This document shows positions 25,746 through 37,700 of a stretch of 64,000 nucleotides of DNA, in pieces. The notes beneath the pieces are model-generated. The model did not search any database. It was not told the DNA's origin and saw only the letters and a program-made list of their open reading frames with translations. The first letter of the stretch is position 1, and each line of letters starts with the position of its first letter. Made by a program: the position numbers and the translations under genes. The DNA is taken from NCBI RefSeq assembly GCF_009834535.1, contig NC_045696.1, forward strand, positions 100,008,001-100,072,000, in the 5' to 3' direction. The DNA comes from Camelus ferus (taxonomy: Eukaryota).

Positions 25746-28700
25746 AAGAAGACCAGACATCTCAAGTTAAAGAATTTAGCACTTTTCTTTGGGAAGAAGC
25801 AAACTTCTGGGCTCATTGAAATCATTCCTTTGACAAGCACCTAGCTATCTAGGGCCAGTATCCTGTCCTTTCTTATTCTGAGTCCCCTCAGGGTGCACCA
25901 TTGTGAGTGGCTGCAGAGGCCGGGCTGCCTGCTTATCTTCACTGTGGGGGGTGGCAGCAGCGGCTGATGAATTGATGGCTTCAGCATTCTTTGTTCCTGA
26001 TATGGCTTGCAGTATTTTTTGTTCACCCTGTTCTTACAAAATACTTAAGGCAGTTTTGCCATTTACACTTTTTAGCTTCCTTGGTTCTCAAATTCTACTT
26101 TCCTATACGCTGAGGGTGCAAAATTGTGAAGTTTAAATTTATAACTTAAATGTCATAATCAAAAACATTTTTTATTGTGCAGGGTCTTAGGAATGAAATT
26201 CACCATGGATTAAAACTCCAGACAAATTATTAACACAGAGAAGTATCTGGACAGGACTGGATGTAACGACATGCTTTTAACACTGTGCCAGTCCTCTCAA
26301 CAGCAGCACTACAATATCTGGGGATGGATAATGCTGTTTTCGAAGGGTGCTATTCTAGGCATATGAAGCCAGCATCAGTGGCCTCTGTACTCAAGGTGCC
26401 ACTACTACTCTCCCTTCAGTTGTGACAACAAAACATCTCCAGATCCTGACAAATAGCCCGTGAGGGAGCAAAACCACCATCATTTGTTAGAATTCCAGAA
26501 TTATTTTTTGACAGGGTAATTTGGTGCTAGAAATGCTGGCTCAAAGCCCTTGTGGGCCCTGCACCCACTGCCACCTGTCATTTCTGCGAAGGCATTCCAG
26601 ATTCTTTATGCTTATGATTCTAGATCATTGTTGTTTTTCTCACTTCCTTAGGTTCAAGAATATTTTCATTTAAATTGTGAACGATAAGAGTAAGGCTGTG
26701 GGCCAACTCTATACACAGCCCAAAACCCTCAAAATAAAAGTGGATATGAAATCACAGACATTTTATTGAAAAATTGCTAAGTAATAAAAACAAAAACCTT
26801 AAGCTTAATAGAAAGAGGATATCTAAGCAGAAATTGTAGTTTGTAGATAACTGGGGTAATCCTAAAAGAATTAATGTTTTCATTTTTCTGGGCAGTTAAA
26901 AACAACTTCATTTATTCATATTTCAGCATCTCCAGGAAATACTGGCTACCCTGCCCCTCAGGCTGGCAATCCTGAAACACAGGCTGAATATCCAGCTTCC
27001 CAGGCTGGCAATTCTGAAACCCAGGCTGAGTATCCTGCCTCCCAGGCTGGCTATCCTGAAAAACAAGCTAAATATTTTGCCTCCCAGGCTGAATATCCTG
27101 AAAACCAGGCTGAATATCCTGGCCCCAAGGCTGGCTACACTGGCACCCAGACTGACTACCTAGTCCTACCAGCTGGCTATTCAGGGTCTTGCCCAGTTGG
27201 CTCTCCCATCCAATACCAGCCAGTGCCTCTTCGGCCAGGTGTGCCTGCAGGACTGCCCTGGATTCCAGCACTACCACCTTCACCAGACTGTCCACCAGGA
27301 TTGGAATATTTAAACCAGGTAACTTCAAATACACAAAAGATTCATAGAATATAAAACTGTGCTTCCAGTTTACTTAGTGAGACTAACAATTGACTAATTC
27401 ACAAAAGTCTGAAATGGTAAAACAACATTTTTTGCTAACAAATTACTCTATTTCTTCTAGGTAAGGTTTACTTTTACAGTAAAAGACACATGTCTTAGGA
27501 AATTGTGTTTTCTATCATCTTGAATATAATCTGCAACAATACCAATAGCAAACCTTTATTAAGCACTATTTTCCAGGCTTTGTTCCTAAGCAGAATACAT
27601 GTGTTAACTCAGTTAATCCTTTAGAAACTCTGTGATGTGTAGTTGCTATAATTATCATCGTTTTACAGAAGAGAAACTGAGGCCTAGTGAGATTACATAA
27701 TTTGCTCAGCATTAAAATGCAGAGGAAGTGGGAATGGCTTTTTACTTTTGGAACCTTGGTTCTGGATCCTGTGCCCTTTAATCCCAACACTGAATAATTT
27801 CCTAGGAGTTAGAAACAAACATTAAACAAAACTGTGTTGTTTGAACAAGTGGTACCAAAATGGAGTAATGTTTTGTGTATAATTTTATTAGAATTAATAA
27901 AATTACATTTTTTTGTTGCTTTTATTCTTTTGAAGACCCAGTTTTATAAATGTAACCATAAAGTCGAAAAAATAGTCCTGGATTTCAAGTTGCTACATGA
28001 TAGCTTATCTCAGCAAAGTGAGGTTTTACATTTGTTTGATGTTAGAAATCTCATAGGTTAAGTAAGAATATGAAGTTCTATGTGTTAAAACGATACAAAA
28101 ATAAATATTCCCATGCTATCCAACCACTTATCAAAAAATGAGTTGTGTCTCTTGCACTCTGCACTAATTTAATACCTACTGTTCACTTAGTCATCATATA
28201 TTATAAAAACTTTATTAGTTCATATATTGTCTAAGAAATACCCTAAATAGATTTTTTTTTTAATCAGAGACTCACAAAATATATATGGAAAGTTATCATT
28301 GACTAAAAATGATAATATGTACACTTAAAAGTTTTGAGATTTACAGTAAAAAAAAAATCTCTTTAAGTGGATAAAATAGTCTTAATATTTTCAAAACTCC
28401 TACTAGAAGGAACAATGTATTCTTATCTTTATAGGAATTTCAGTGTAAGTCAATTTTATTTTACTTGAATTTGCCCACATTAATAATAAACACATTCAAA
28501 AGATATTTTTTCACGTATAAAATATCACCTTTAGTTTTACTCTGAAAAGTAATATAAACTATTATTAAACCCTGAAAATACTGAAAAATATTGATGATTA
28601 CTTATATGAATTTTTAAAAATTTAAAAACATATATGCTTACAGCTTAATTTTTTTGTTTGCTGTAATAGATAGATCGGATTCAGATTCATCAGCAAATTG

Positions 28701-31700
28701 AACTTACAGATGGTATGTATTCATTGTATTCATTATATTTCTAGAAAGAGGGGATGTTTATGTACATAAAGGCACATCACCAAACACCAATGTAACACTT
28801 TAAGTGATGTGTTAAACCTGGTGATTTACAATTGTCTCTCTCTGTGATAATGAATTGATGAGGATTATCAGTAGTTCATTGAAATTAGGAGTCAAGTAGT
28901 AAAATACTACTACTCTGACCAAACTGTCTTCAAGTTAAAAACCCCAACTTAGAAAGAAAACAATCAAAATTTACTTTTGTTCCCTTTTTTTCTCTAGAAA
29001 TCACTTCAGGGAATCTATCACATTACCTGATTTCTATACTTCAGCTATTTTCTCCCAGTTTGTGATAACCTTGAGATTGGCACAGAGCCACAGGCAATAG
29101 TTCATGTTAACTTAGTACCACGTACTTACAGTTACCTTAGTATGTTTCCAAAGAGAGTCAACTTTTTGCATTTGGATGGGTATGTTTTGGGAAATTGTAC
29201 TCCTGGTCATAGGTTCTCTTGGGAATTCAGATGAATGCTATAAATCCTATGTCCCCATCCCATGGGATGTGTTCCATGGACTGTGAAGTACCAGCTTGAA
29301 TGAGGGGACCCTGTGATGCTGGAGTGTGTTGACCAACAGGCCCAGTGGCGTGGCTTCCTAGATGAGCAACCCTGAATGTGCTAAATGACTCCTTTGATTC
29401 TACCAGATGTTTCCAGTGCTCTCCATGTGCAAGAATACAGTTAGGAAGCCACTAGATGCTTCAGCACTGCTGCCAGTGGAAAGAGAATCTGGAAGGTTCA
29501 TTATCCAGAGTGTCCCCCTTCCAGATGTAAGGGGTTTGGTAAAAACTGCTAGTTGTGGAATATATCTATAAATATATCTTTATGTCTCTACAAAGTTCCT
29601 TTTCAGTAGGAGATTTAGAACATGAATTGTACTAACAGAGTAATGGATTTGGTTAAAATACACAATTATCACCTATTACATTTAAATTACTTATAATGGA
29701 CCAGTTCAAGATCATGTCAGAGCAGGCTCCTAAACTCACCTTCTCCCAGGGACACAATGAATCTACAACAAACTTATGGAATAATTCCCTCTGAAAGAAA
29801 TCCAGAAACTAGCTGAGTGTCTGCACATTGGGCAAATGAGAAAAAAAATACACATTGAAATGGGTAGGGGAAGCTGAGACACAATCTTTTCATAAACCAT
29901 ACCCCCAGCACAACACACAACCTGGTGGGAACTCACACCTCCCAGCTCCTCCCTGAGGAGTGAAGGGTTTGACACTATACCTGGTGCCCCAACTCTTAAG
30001 ATTGAGTAGTGGGCATTCAAATTATCTAGCTTTGAGAGTACGGGGCTTATGTTCACAAGACCCACAAGGCTACATCAAACTCGAGATAATTCTTAAATGT
30101 TGACTCATGGAGTCTAACTCTGAAGGCCCCAGCACAGATGTAGCAGACAAAAAGAAGCCCAGTCTTACTGTGGAAGAAGTATAGTTGCTTATCTTAAAAG
30201 CTTTGACTTTTGGGGAAGGTTTCTAATTTAACACACATCTATGGCCAACTGCAGAGCAATCCAGAGTCCTTAGTGGCCTGTGGGTGCCATCTTTGTGCCC
30301 TTCCTCACCTCCATCTTACTTTGCTGATGTCTCTTAGAAAGAAGCTTGTACACATGTCTGTTACCCAGCTTTTGCTGGTGCCACATAGAGGAAACATCCC
30401 TTCATAGCCTGGCTCTGGTGGTAGCAGGCCTTGTATTCAGTTTCAACAGGACAGTTGCAAACAAACAATTCTTAACTGGCTATCCACCCAGGGCTCAGTG
30501 CATATATAGCTGAGAGAAATGCCCATCTCCCAATCTTCCCCTGAAAGAAGTATATTTGCATACTTTAAATGCTGCTGCCTGAAAGTCCAGCTTCCAATCA
30601 GACTGCACCTAGGTGCTGACTAAGGTCCTACACTTTGGGAAACTGATGGGTCTTGGCACAACTGAACTACTGAGAGCCACTAAGAATAAGAAGGCTGCTG
30701 GGACAGTCACAGAGCTCTGAGAGACAACTAAGAGCTAAGGCAGAGTTAAATGACAAGGTTCACCTCCTACTTTAGGCTGCTCCTTCAAGACGGGGAGAAG
30801 TAGCTGTTTTATCTAATACACTGAAACCAACACAAGGACTCAAGGAAAACGAAGAAGCAGAGAAATATATTCCAAACAAGAGAACAAGATAAAAACTCAG
30901 AAAAAGACATAATGAAATGGAGATAAGTGATTTAGCTAATAAGAATTAAAAATAATGGCCATAATTATGCCAAGTAAAATAAGTCAGACAGAGAAAGAAA
31001 AATACCACATGATATCACTTATATGTGGGATCTTAAAAATACAACAAACTAGTAAATATAACAAATAAACAAAACAAAAAAGCAGACTCACAGATATAGA
31101 GAGCAAATTAGCAGTTGCCAGTGGAGTGTGGGGAGGGGCAATATTGAGGTGGGGGACTAAGAGGTACAAACTATTAGGTATAAAATAAGCAATAAGGATA
31201 TATACAACACAAAGAATATAGCCAATATTTTATAATAACTATAAATGCAGTAAAACCTTTAAAAATTATAAATCACTATATTTTACACCTGTAACCTATA
31301 ATATTGCAGAGCAACTATACTTCAATATAAAGGCTAAAGAAATAATAGCCATAGAGAAGCTCACCATGGTTAGAAGAATAATGCATAAACACTGTGAGAA
31401 TTTCAACAAGGGATAGAAAATATAAGACAGTACCAAATGTAAATACAGAATACTGAAGAATACAAGAATTGAACTGAAAAATTCAAAAGTGGTTCAACAG
31501 CAGACTAGATGAAGCAGAAAAATGGATCAGCAAACTCAAAGACAAGGTAGTGGAATTCATCCAATCAGAGGATCAGGAAAAATGGGGAAAAAAATTAATG
31601 TCACCTTAAGGCACTTATGGGACAACACCATGCAGATCAATAAGCACATTACAGGGATCCAAGAAGGAAAAGAGAGAGAGAAAGAGGCACAAAACTCACT

Positions 31701-34700
31701 GGAAGAAATAATGGCTGATGACTTCCCTAACCTGGGGAAAGTTACAGACCTCACAATTGAGGACCCAGCGTGTTCCAAATAAGATTAATCCAAAGAGATT
31801 CACATGAAGACACCTTATAATTAAATTGTCAGAAGTAAAATAGAAGGAGAGAATCTTAAAAGCATCAAGAGAAAAATAATTGGTTACTTACAAGGACCTA
31901 CAAGACCATGAGTAGATTTTTCAGCAGAAACGTTGCAGGCCAGAAGGGAGTGGGATGGTATATTCAAAATTCTGGGTGGGGGAAAGTGCCAACCAAGAAT
32001 ATTCTACCTAGTAAAGTTGATCTTCTTAATTGAAAGAGAGAGCGTTTTCCAGACAAGCAAAAGTTGAAGAAATCCATCACCAATAGACCTCCTTACAAGA
32101 AATATTAAAGAGACTTCTTCAGGCTGAAATGAAAGGACACAAAGTAGTACAGGAAAACGTATGACAGTATAAATCTAACTGGCAAAAGTGAAGATATAGT
32201 TAAATTCAGAATTATCTACAGTTAAAATGGTGATGGATTAATCACTTATAAATCTAATATGAAGGTTAAAAGACAAAAGTAAAAAAACTATAACTACAGT
32301 AATTTGTTAATGGATACACAAGGTAAAAAGATGCAAATTGTGATATCAAAAACATAAAATGTGGTGGGTTGAAGAGTAAGAAAGTGGCCCTATAGAATGT
32401 GTTCAAACTGAAGTTGTTTTAAACTTTAAACAAACTGTTATAAAGATAAGATGTTTTATATAAGCCTCATGGTAATTCCAAAGCAAAAGCCTATAGTATA
32501 TTCATAAAGTATAAAGAAAAAGAAATCTAAGCATATCACTACATAAAATTCTCAAAGCACAAAGGCAGAGACAGGGAGAAAAGAAGGGAACAAAGGATTG
32601 CAAAACACCCAGAAAACTATTAATAAAATGGCAATAATAAGTACATATCTATGGGGAGAAGGTATAGCTCAGTGGTAGAGTGCCTACTTAGCATGCACAA
32701 GGTCCTGGGTTCAATCCCCAGTACCTCCATTAAGAAATAAAAAAATCTAATTACCCTCCCACCAGTAAATAAATAAATATTTTAAAGTGCTTAAAAATAT
32801 TAAAGTAATCTTTAAATGTCATATATATAAATATATATATGAATACTTTAAATGTAAATGAACAGTATTCTCTGATCAGTGACACCTAGTGACTAGATAA
32901 AAAAGCAAGATTCAACTATGTGATTGCACAAGATACCTCAGCTTTAAGGACACACACACCCTGAAACTGTAGTGACGGAAAGATATCCAAGCAAATTAAA
33001 AACAAAGAAAGCTGCAATAGCTATTCTTATATTGGACAAAATAGATTTTAAGACAAAGAGTGTCATAAAAGACAAAAAATTTTGTTATGTAATGATAAAA
33101 GTGTCAACACAACCAAAGGATATAACATTTGTAAATATCTGTGCACCTAACATAGGAACACCTAAATATATAAAACTAATATTAACAGATCTAAAGAGAG
33201 AAGTAGCCAGCAATACAATAATAGCAGGGGACGTTAATACCCACAGTCAGCAATGGATAGTTCATCTAGAGAGAAAATCAGTAAGGAACCATTGCACATA
33301 TATGGCGTGTTAGGCCAGATGAACCTAACAGATATTTACAGAACATTTCATCCCAAAGCAGCAGAATACACATTCTTTACAAGCATACATGCAACATTCT
33401 TCAGGATAGATTGTATGTTTCACAAACAGAATTATTGATACATTTAGGAAGACTGAAATCATATCAAACACCTTTTTTGAAAACAATGGCATGAAACTAG
33501 AAATGATTACAGAAAGAAAACTGGAAATTCACAAATATATGGAAATTAATCAATATAGTGCTGAACAACCAAATGTTTAATGAAGAGATCAAAAGAGAAA
33601 TAAAAAAAAAAACTTAAGATAAATGGAAATATAACAACCAAAACTTATAGGATGCAGCAAAAGTGGTTCTAAGAGGGAACTTCACAACAATAAATTCAAC
33701 ATTAAAAAACAAGAAAGATCTCAAACAATACAACTTTATAACTCAAGAAACTGGAAAAAGAACAAACTTAGCCTAAAGTTACTAGGTGGCAGAAAATAAT
33801 AAAGATCAGAGCATAAATAAATGGAGACTAAAAACAAACAAACAATCAATGGAACTAAGAGCTGGGTTTTTTAAAAAAGATAAACAAAATAGACAAATCT
33901 TTAGTTAGACTCATCAAGGTAAAAAGAGAGAGGGTTCAATGAATAAAACTTCAAAAAACGGAGATGTTACCACTGACCTTACAGAAATACGAAGGATTAC
34001 GAGAGATTGCTGTGAACAATTATACACCAGCAAATTGAAAAACCTAAAAGAAATAGGTAAATTCCTACAAACATACAACCTTCTCAGAATTCATCATGAA
34101 CAAATAGAAAATCTGAGCACATTAATTACAAGTAAGGAGACTGAATCAGTGATTAAAAAGTCCTCAACAAACAATAGTCCAGAACCAGATGGCTTCACTG
34201 GTGAATTCTATCAAACATTTTAGACAATACCCAATATCTGAAAGTCTCTCAAAAAAGATAAGAGGCGGAAACACTTTTAAGCTCATTTTAAGAGACCAGA
34301 ATTACTCTGATGCCAAATCAAAAAAGGATGCTATTGGAAAAGAAAATTACAGGCTAATATACCTGATTAATATATACGCAGATCAATCCAGGTGATATAT
34401 TATATTGACAAAATGAAAGATAACAATCATATGATCATCTTATTAAATGCAAAAAAAGCATCTGACGGAATTCAATATCCACTCATAATACTAAACTCTC
34501 AACAAACTGGGTATAGAGGGAACATATCTCAACACAAAAGGCCCTATGTGATAAGTTGACAGCTAATGTCAAACTCAATTATGAAAAACTGAAAACTTTT
34601 CCTCTAAGTTCAAGAACAAGGCAAGGATGCCAGCTGTTGCCACTTTTATTCAACACAGAACTGAAGTCCAAGCCAGAGCAATTAAGAAAGAAGAAGAAAT

Positions 34701-37700
34701 AAAAGGCATCCAAATTGGAATGGAAGAAATAAGCTGTCTCTATTTTCAAATTAAATGTTATTATATAGAAAATCTTAAAAACTCTACCAGTAAACTGATG
34801 GAACTAATACACAAGTACAGAAAAGGTGCAGGATACAAAATCAATATACAAAAATTGGTTGCCTTTCTCAATGCTAACAGCAAGCTACCAGAAAGAGAAA
34901 CAAACAAAACAATCCCATTTACAATTGTATCTAAAAGAAAATATCTGGAACAAATTTAACAAGGAAGAGGGAAAAACTATACTCTGAAAATTATATGACA
35001 TTGATAAAAAGACAGTGAAGGAGACACAAATAAATGGAAAGACATTCTGTCTTCATTGATTTGAATAATAAATATTATTTAAATGTCTATACCACACAAA
35101 AGCAATCCACAGATTCAATTCAAACCCTATCAAAACCTCAATGGCATTTTTCGTTGAAAGAGAAAAAAAAAATCCTAAATTTTGGGAACCATAAAACCCC
35201 AGAAAAGCTAAAGCAATCCTGAGAAAGAACAAATCTGTACTAATTATGCTTCCTGATTTCCAGCCATAATACAAGGCTATATTAATCAAAACCATAGAGT
35301 ATTGGCATAAAACAAACATATAGACCAATGGAATAGAGTGGAGAACCCAGAAATAAACCTATATGTATCAGTCAATTAATTTATGACAAAGGGTAAACTG
35401 ACTATAACTCAATAAAAAAAATTTTTTTTTAAATTTTATGACAAAGGAACCAATAACACACAATGGGAAAAAGACAATCTCTTCAATAAATGGTGTTGGA
35501 AAAACTGGATTTACACATGCAAACGAATAAAACTGAATCACCACCTTACACATCAAAAAGAACTCAAAATGGAATAAAGATTTGAATGTAAGACCTGAAA
35601 TACAGAACTCCTGGAAGAAAATAGACGGAAAAAAAGAAAAAGAAAATAGAGGAGGTAACCTCCTTGATATTGTTCTAGGCAATGATTTTTTTGTATAAGT
35701 CACAAACAACAGAAAATTAAAACAAAAACAAAGTAGGACTACATTAAACTAAAGAGCTTCTGTCCCGCAAAGAAAACCATCAACAAAATGAAAAGTCACC
35801 CTATGAATGGGAGAAAATATTTGCCAATCATAAATCTGATAAGGGATTAACATCTAAAATATATAAAGAATTTATAAAACTCAATAAAAAAATGATTAAA
35901 AATGAGCACAGGATCTCAAAAGATGTTTTCCAAAACAAAAATCATACAAATGGCCAATGGATACATGAAAAGGTGCTCAACATTACTAATGATCAGAGAG
36001 ATAAAATCAAAATCATAATGAGATATCACCTCATACTGGTTAAAACCTTATCAAAAAGAGAAGAGCTAACAAGTGCTGGTGAAGATGTGGGGAAAAGAGA
36101 ACCCTTGAGCACTGTTGGAGGGAGTGTAAATTGGTGTAGCCAACATGGAAAACAGTATGGAAATTCCACAAAAAAAGTTTTAAAAATCAATATGATTTCA
36201 TATGTCAATTATACGTCAATTAAAAAAAAAGAACTACTATATAATCCAGCAATTCCAATTCTGGGTATTTTTCCATAAAAAACAAAATCACCGTCTCAAA
36301 AAAGTATATGCAATCCCATGTTCACTGCAGCATATTTACAAAATAGTCAAAATTGAAAACAACCTGTTTCTAATGACAGAAAGATGAATAAAGAAAATGT
36401 GGTATATATACACTGAAATATAATTCAGCCATAAAAAGTGGGAAATGCTATCATTTTCAAACACATGGATGAACCTTGAGAGCATTATGCTAAGTGAACT
36501 AAACTAGATAGAGAAAGCGAATACTGTATGATCTCATATGTGGAATCTGAAAGAAACCAAACTCAGAGATACAGAGAACAGATTGTGTTTGCCAGAGGTA
36601 TGAGGGTTGTGGGTGGGAGAAATGGGTGAAGGTGGTATAAAGGTACAAACTTCGATTTATAAGATAAAGAAATCCTAGGGAAGTAGTGTACAGCATGGTG
36701 ACTATAATTAACAGTACTGAATGGTATATTTGAAAGATGCTAAGAGAGTAGATCTTAAAATTTCCCACACAAGAAAAAAATTTGAATGTATGTGTGGTAA
36801 GGATGTTAACTAAACTACTGAGGTATTCATTTTGCAATGTATACAGATATCAAATCATTATTTTGTACACCTAAAACCAATACAATGTTATATGTCGATT
36901 GCATCTCAATAAAAAATAACTTAAAAGTATCATCTTAAAATATTACTTGTAATATATATTATTAGATATTATACTATTATTAGTTTTGTTCAGTTTCTTT
37001 AAAATCAGTTTTCTCTGGAAAGGAGCTCTTTGAAGTTTCATAATTTACATTCTGAATTTTTAATGTTTTATTCCAAGGCATATATTATTGAGATTATGTA
37101 ATCCAAAAGACAAGACATTATATATTTTACAATGCTTGATTTATAGTTTTTAGATTAAAAGCTACATATATTCATGAAAATCCTTGTCTTTGGCAAGAAA
37201 TATAAAGTAAGTAACAAATTACTAGTTGTTAATTCTTCAGTGTTTTTAAAGGGAAGTCTTTAATTTTCTTTTTGTCCCAAATAGAAAGCTCTATCATATT
37301 TTAACATTATGAGTTGTATAAAGAAATGAAGATTACTTTGTTTTTAGCATCTGAGACCATAACAGACACTTAACTGCTGCCCTAGTTCAAAATGTAATAC
37401 ACTATAAAAACATAACCACAGAATTCTTTTGTTTTCATTTTTCAGTAATTAGAAGGAAACTTAAGAGATTGTGTGAACCCATTGGTCTCATTTTACAGAT
37501 GAGCAAACTGAAGATTATTGAAATAAAGGTGCTTAATGAAGTAGTTAGATAATAGATTCCATCTCAATCAATTTAGCTTTTTTCTCATCAAACATTTGTC
37601 TGGCAGATATTGAGGTCAAAGATGGTTCTTTTAGGCAAAGTCCAGGGCCTGTTTGAGTAAAAGACATTTGAAGGAGGTCATGGTGATAGAGCTTGTGACG

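Larger units (their letters stand above)
29700..36915 (+). mobile_element. Near full-length decayed L1 (5' UTR, ORF1, ORF2, 3' UTR) within an intron of paralog B, in sense orientation
   Basis: ORF1-like sequence at ~30850-32130. ORF2 remnants include [45 protein letters not shown] and GYKINIQK. Ends ctcaataaaaaa; many stops and frameshifts. Confidence 0.92.

Noticed and set aside
26944..27174. CRISPR-like array
   Set aside because: Eukaryotic in-frame coding repeat with no spacers and no cas genes.
27068..27334. 88-aa minus-strand ORF with repeats
   Set aside because: Antisense shadow of the repeat-containing scramblase exon.
32653..32729. Possible tRNA-Ala gene
   Set aside because: The stems are imperfect, there is a SINE-type tail, and it sits inside an L1, so it is a SINE.
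32972..36387. Functional L1 ORF2 or a domesticated reverse transcriptase
   Set aside because: Broken by many stops, frameshifts and insertions.
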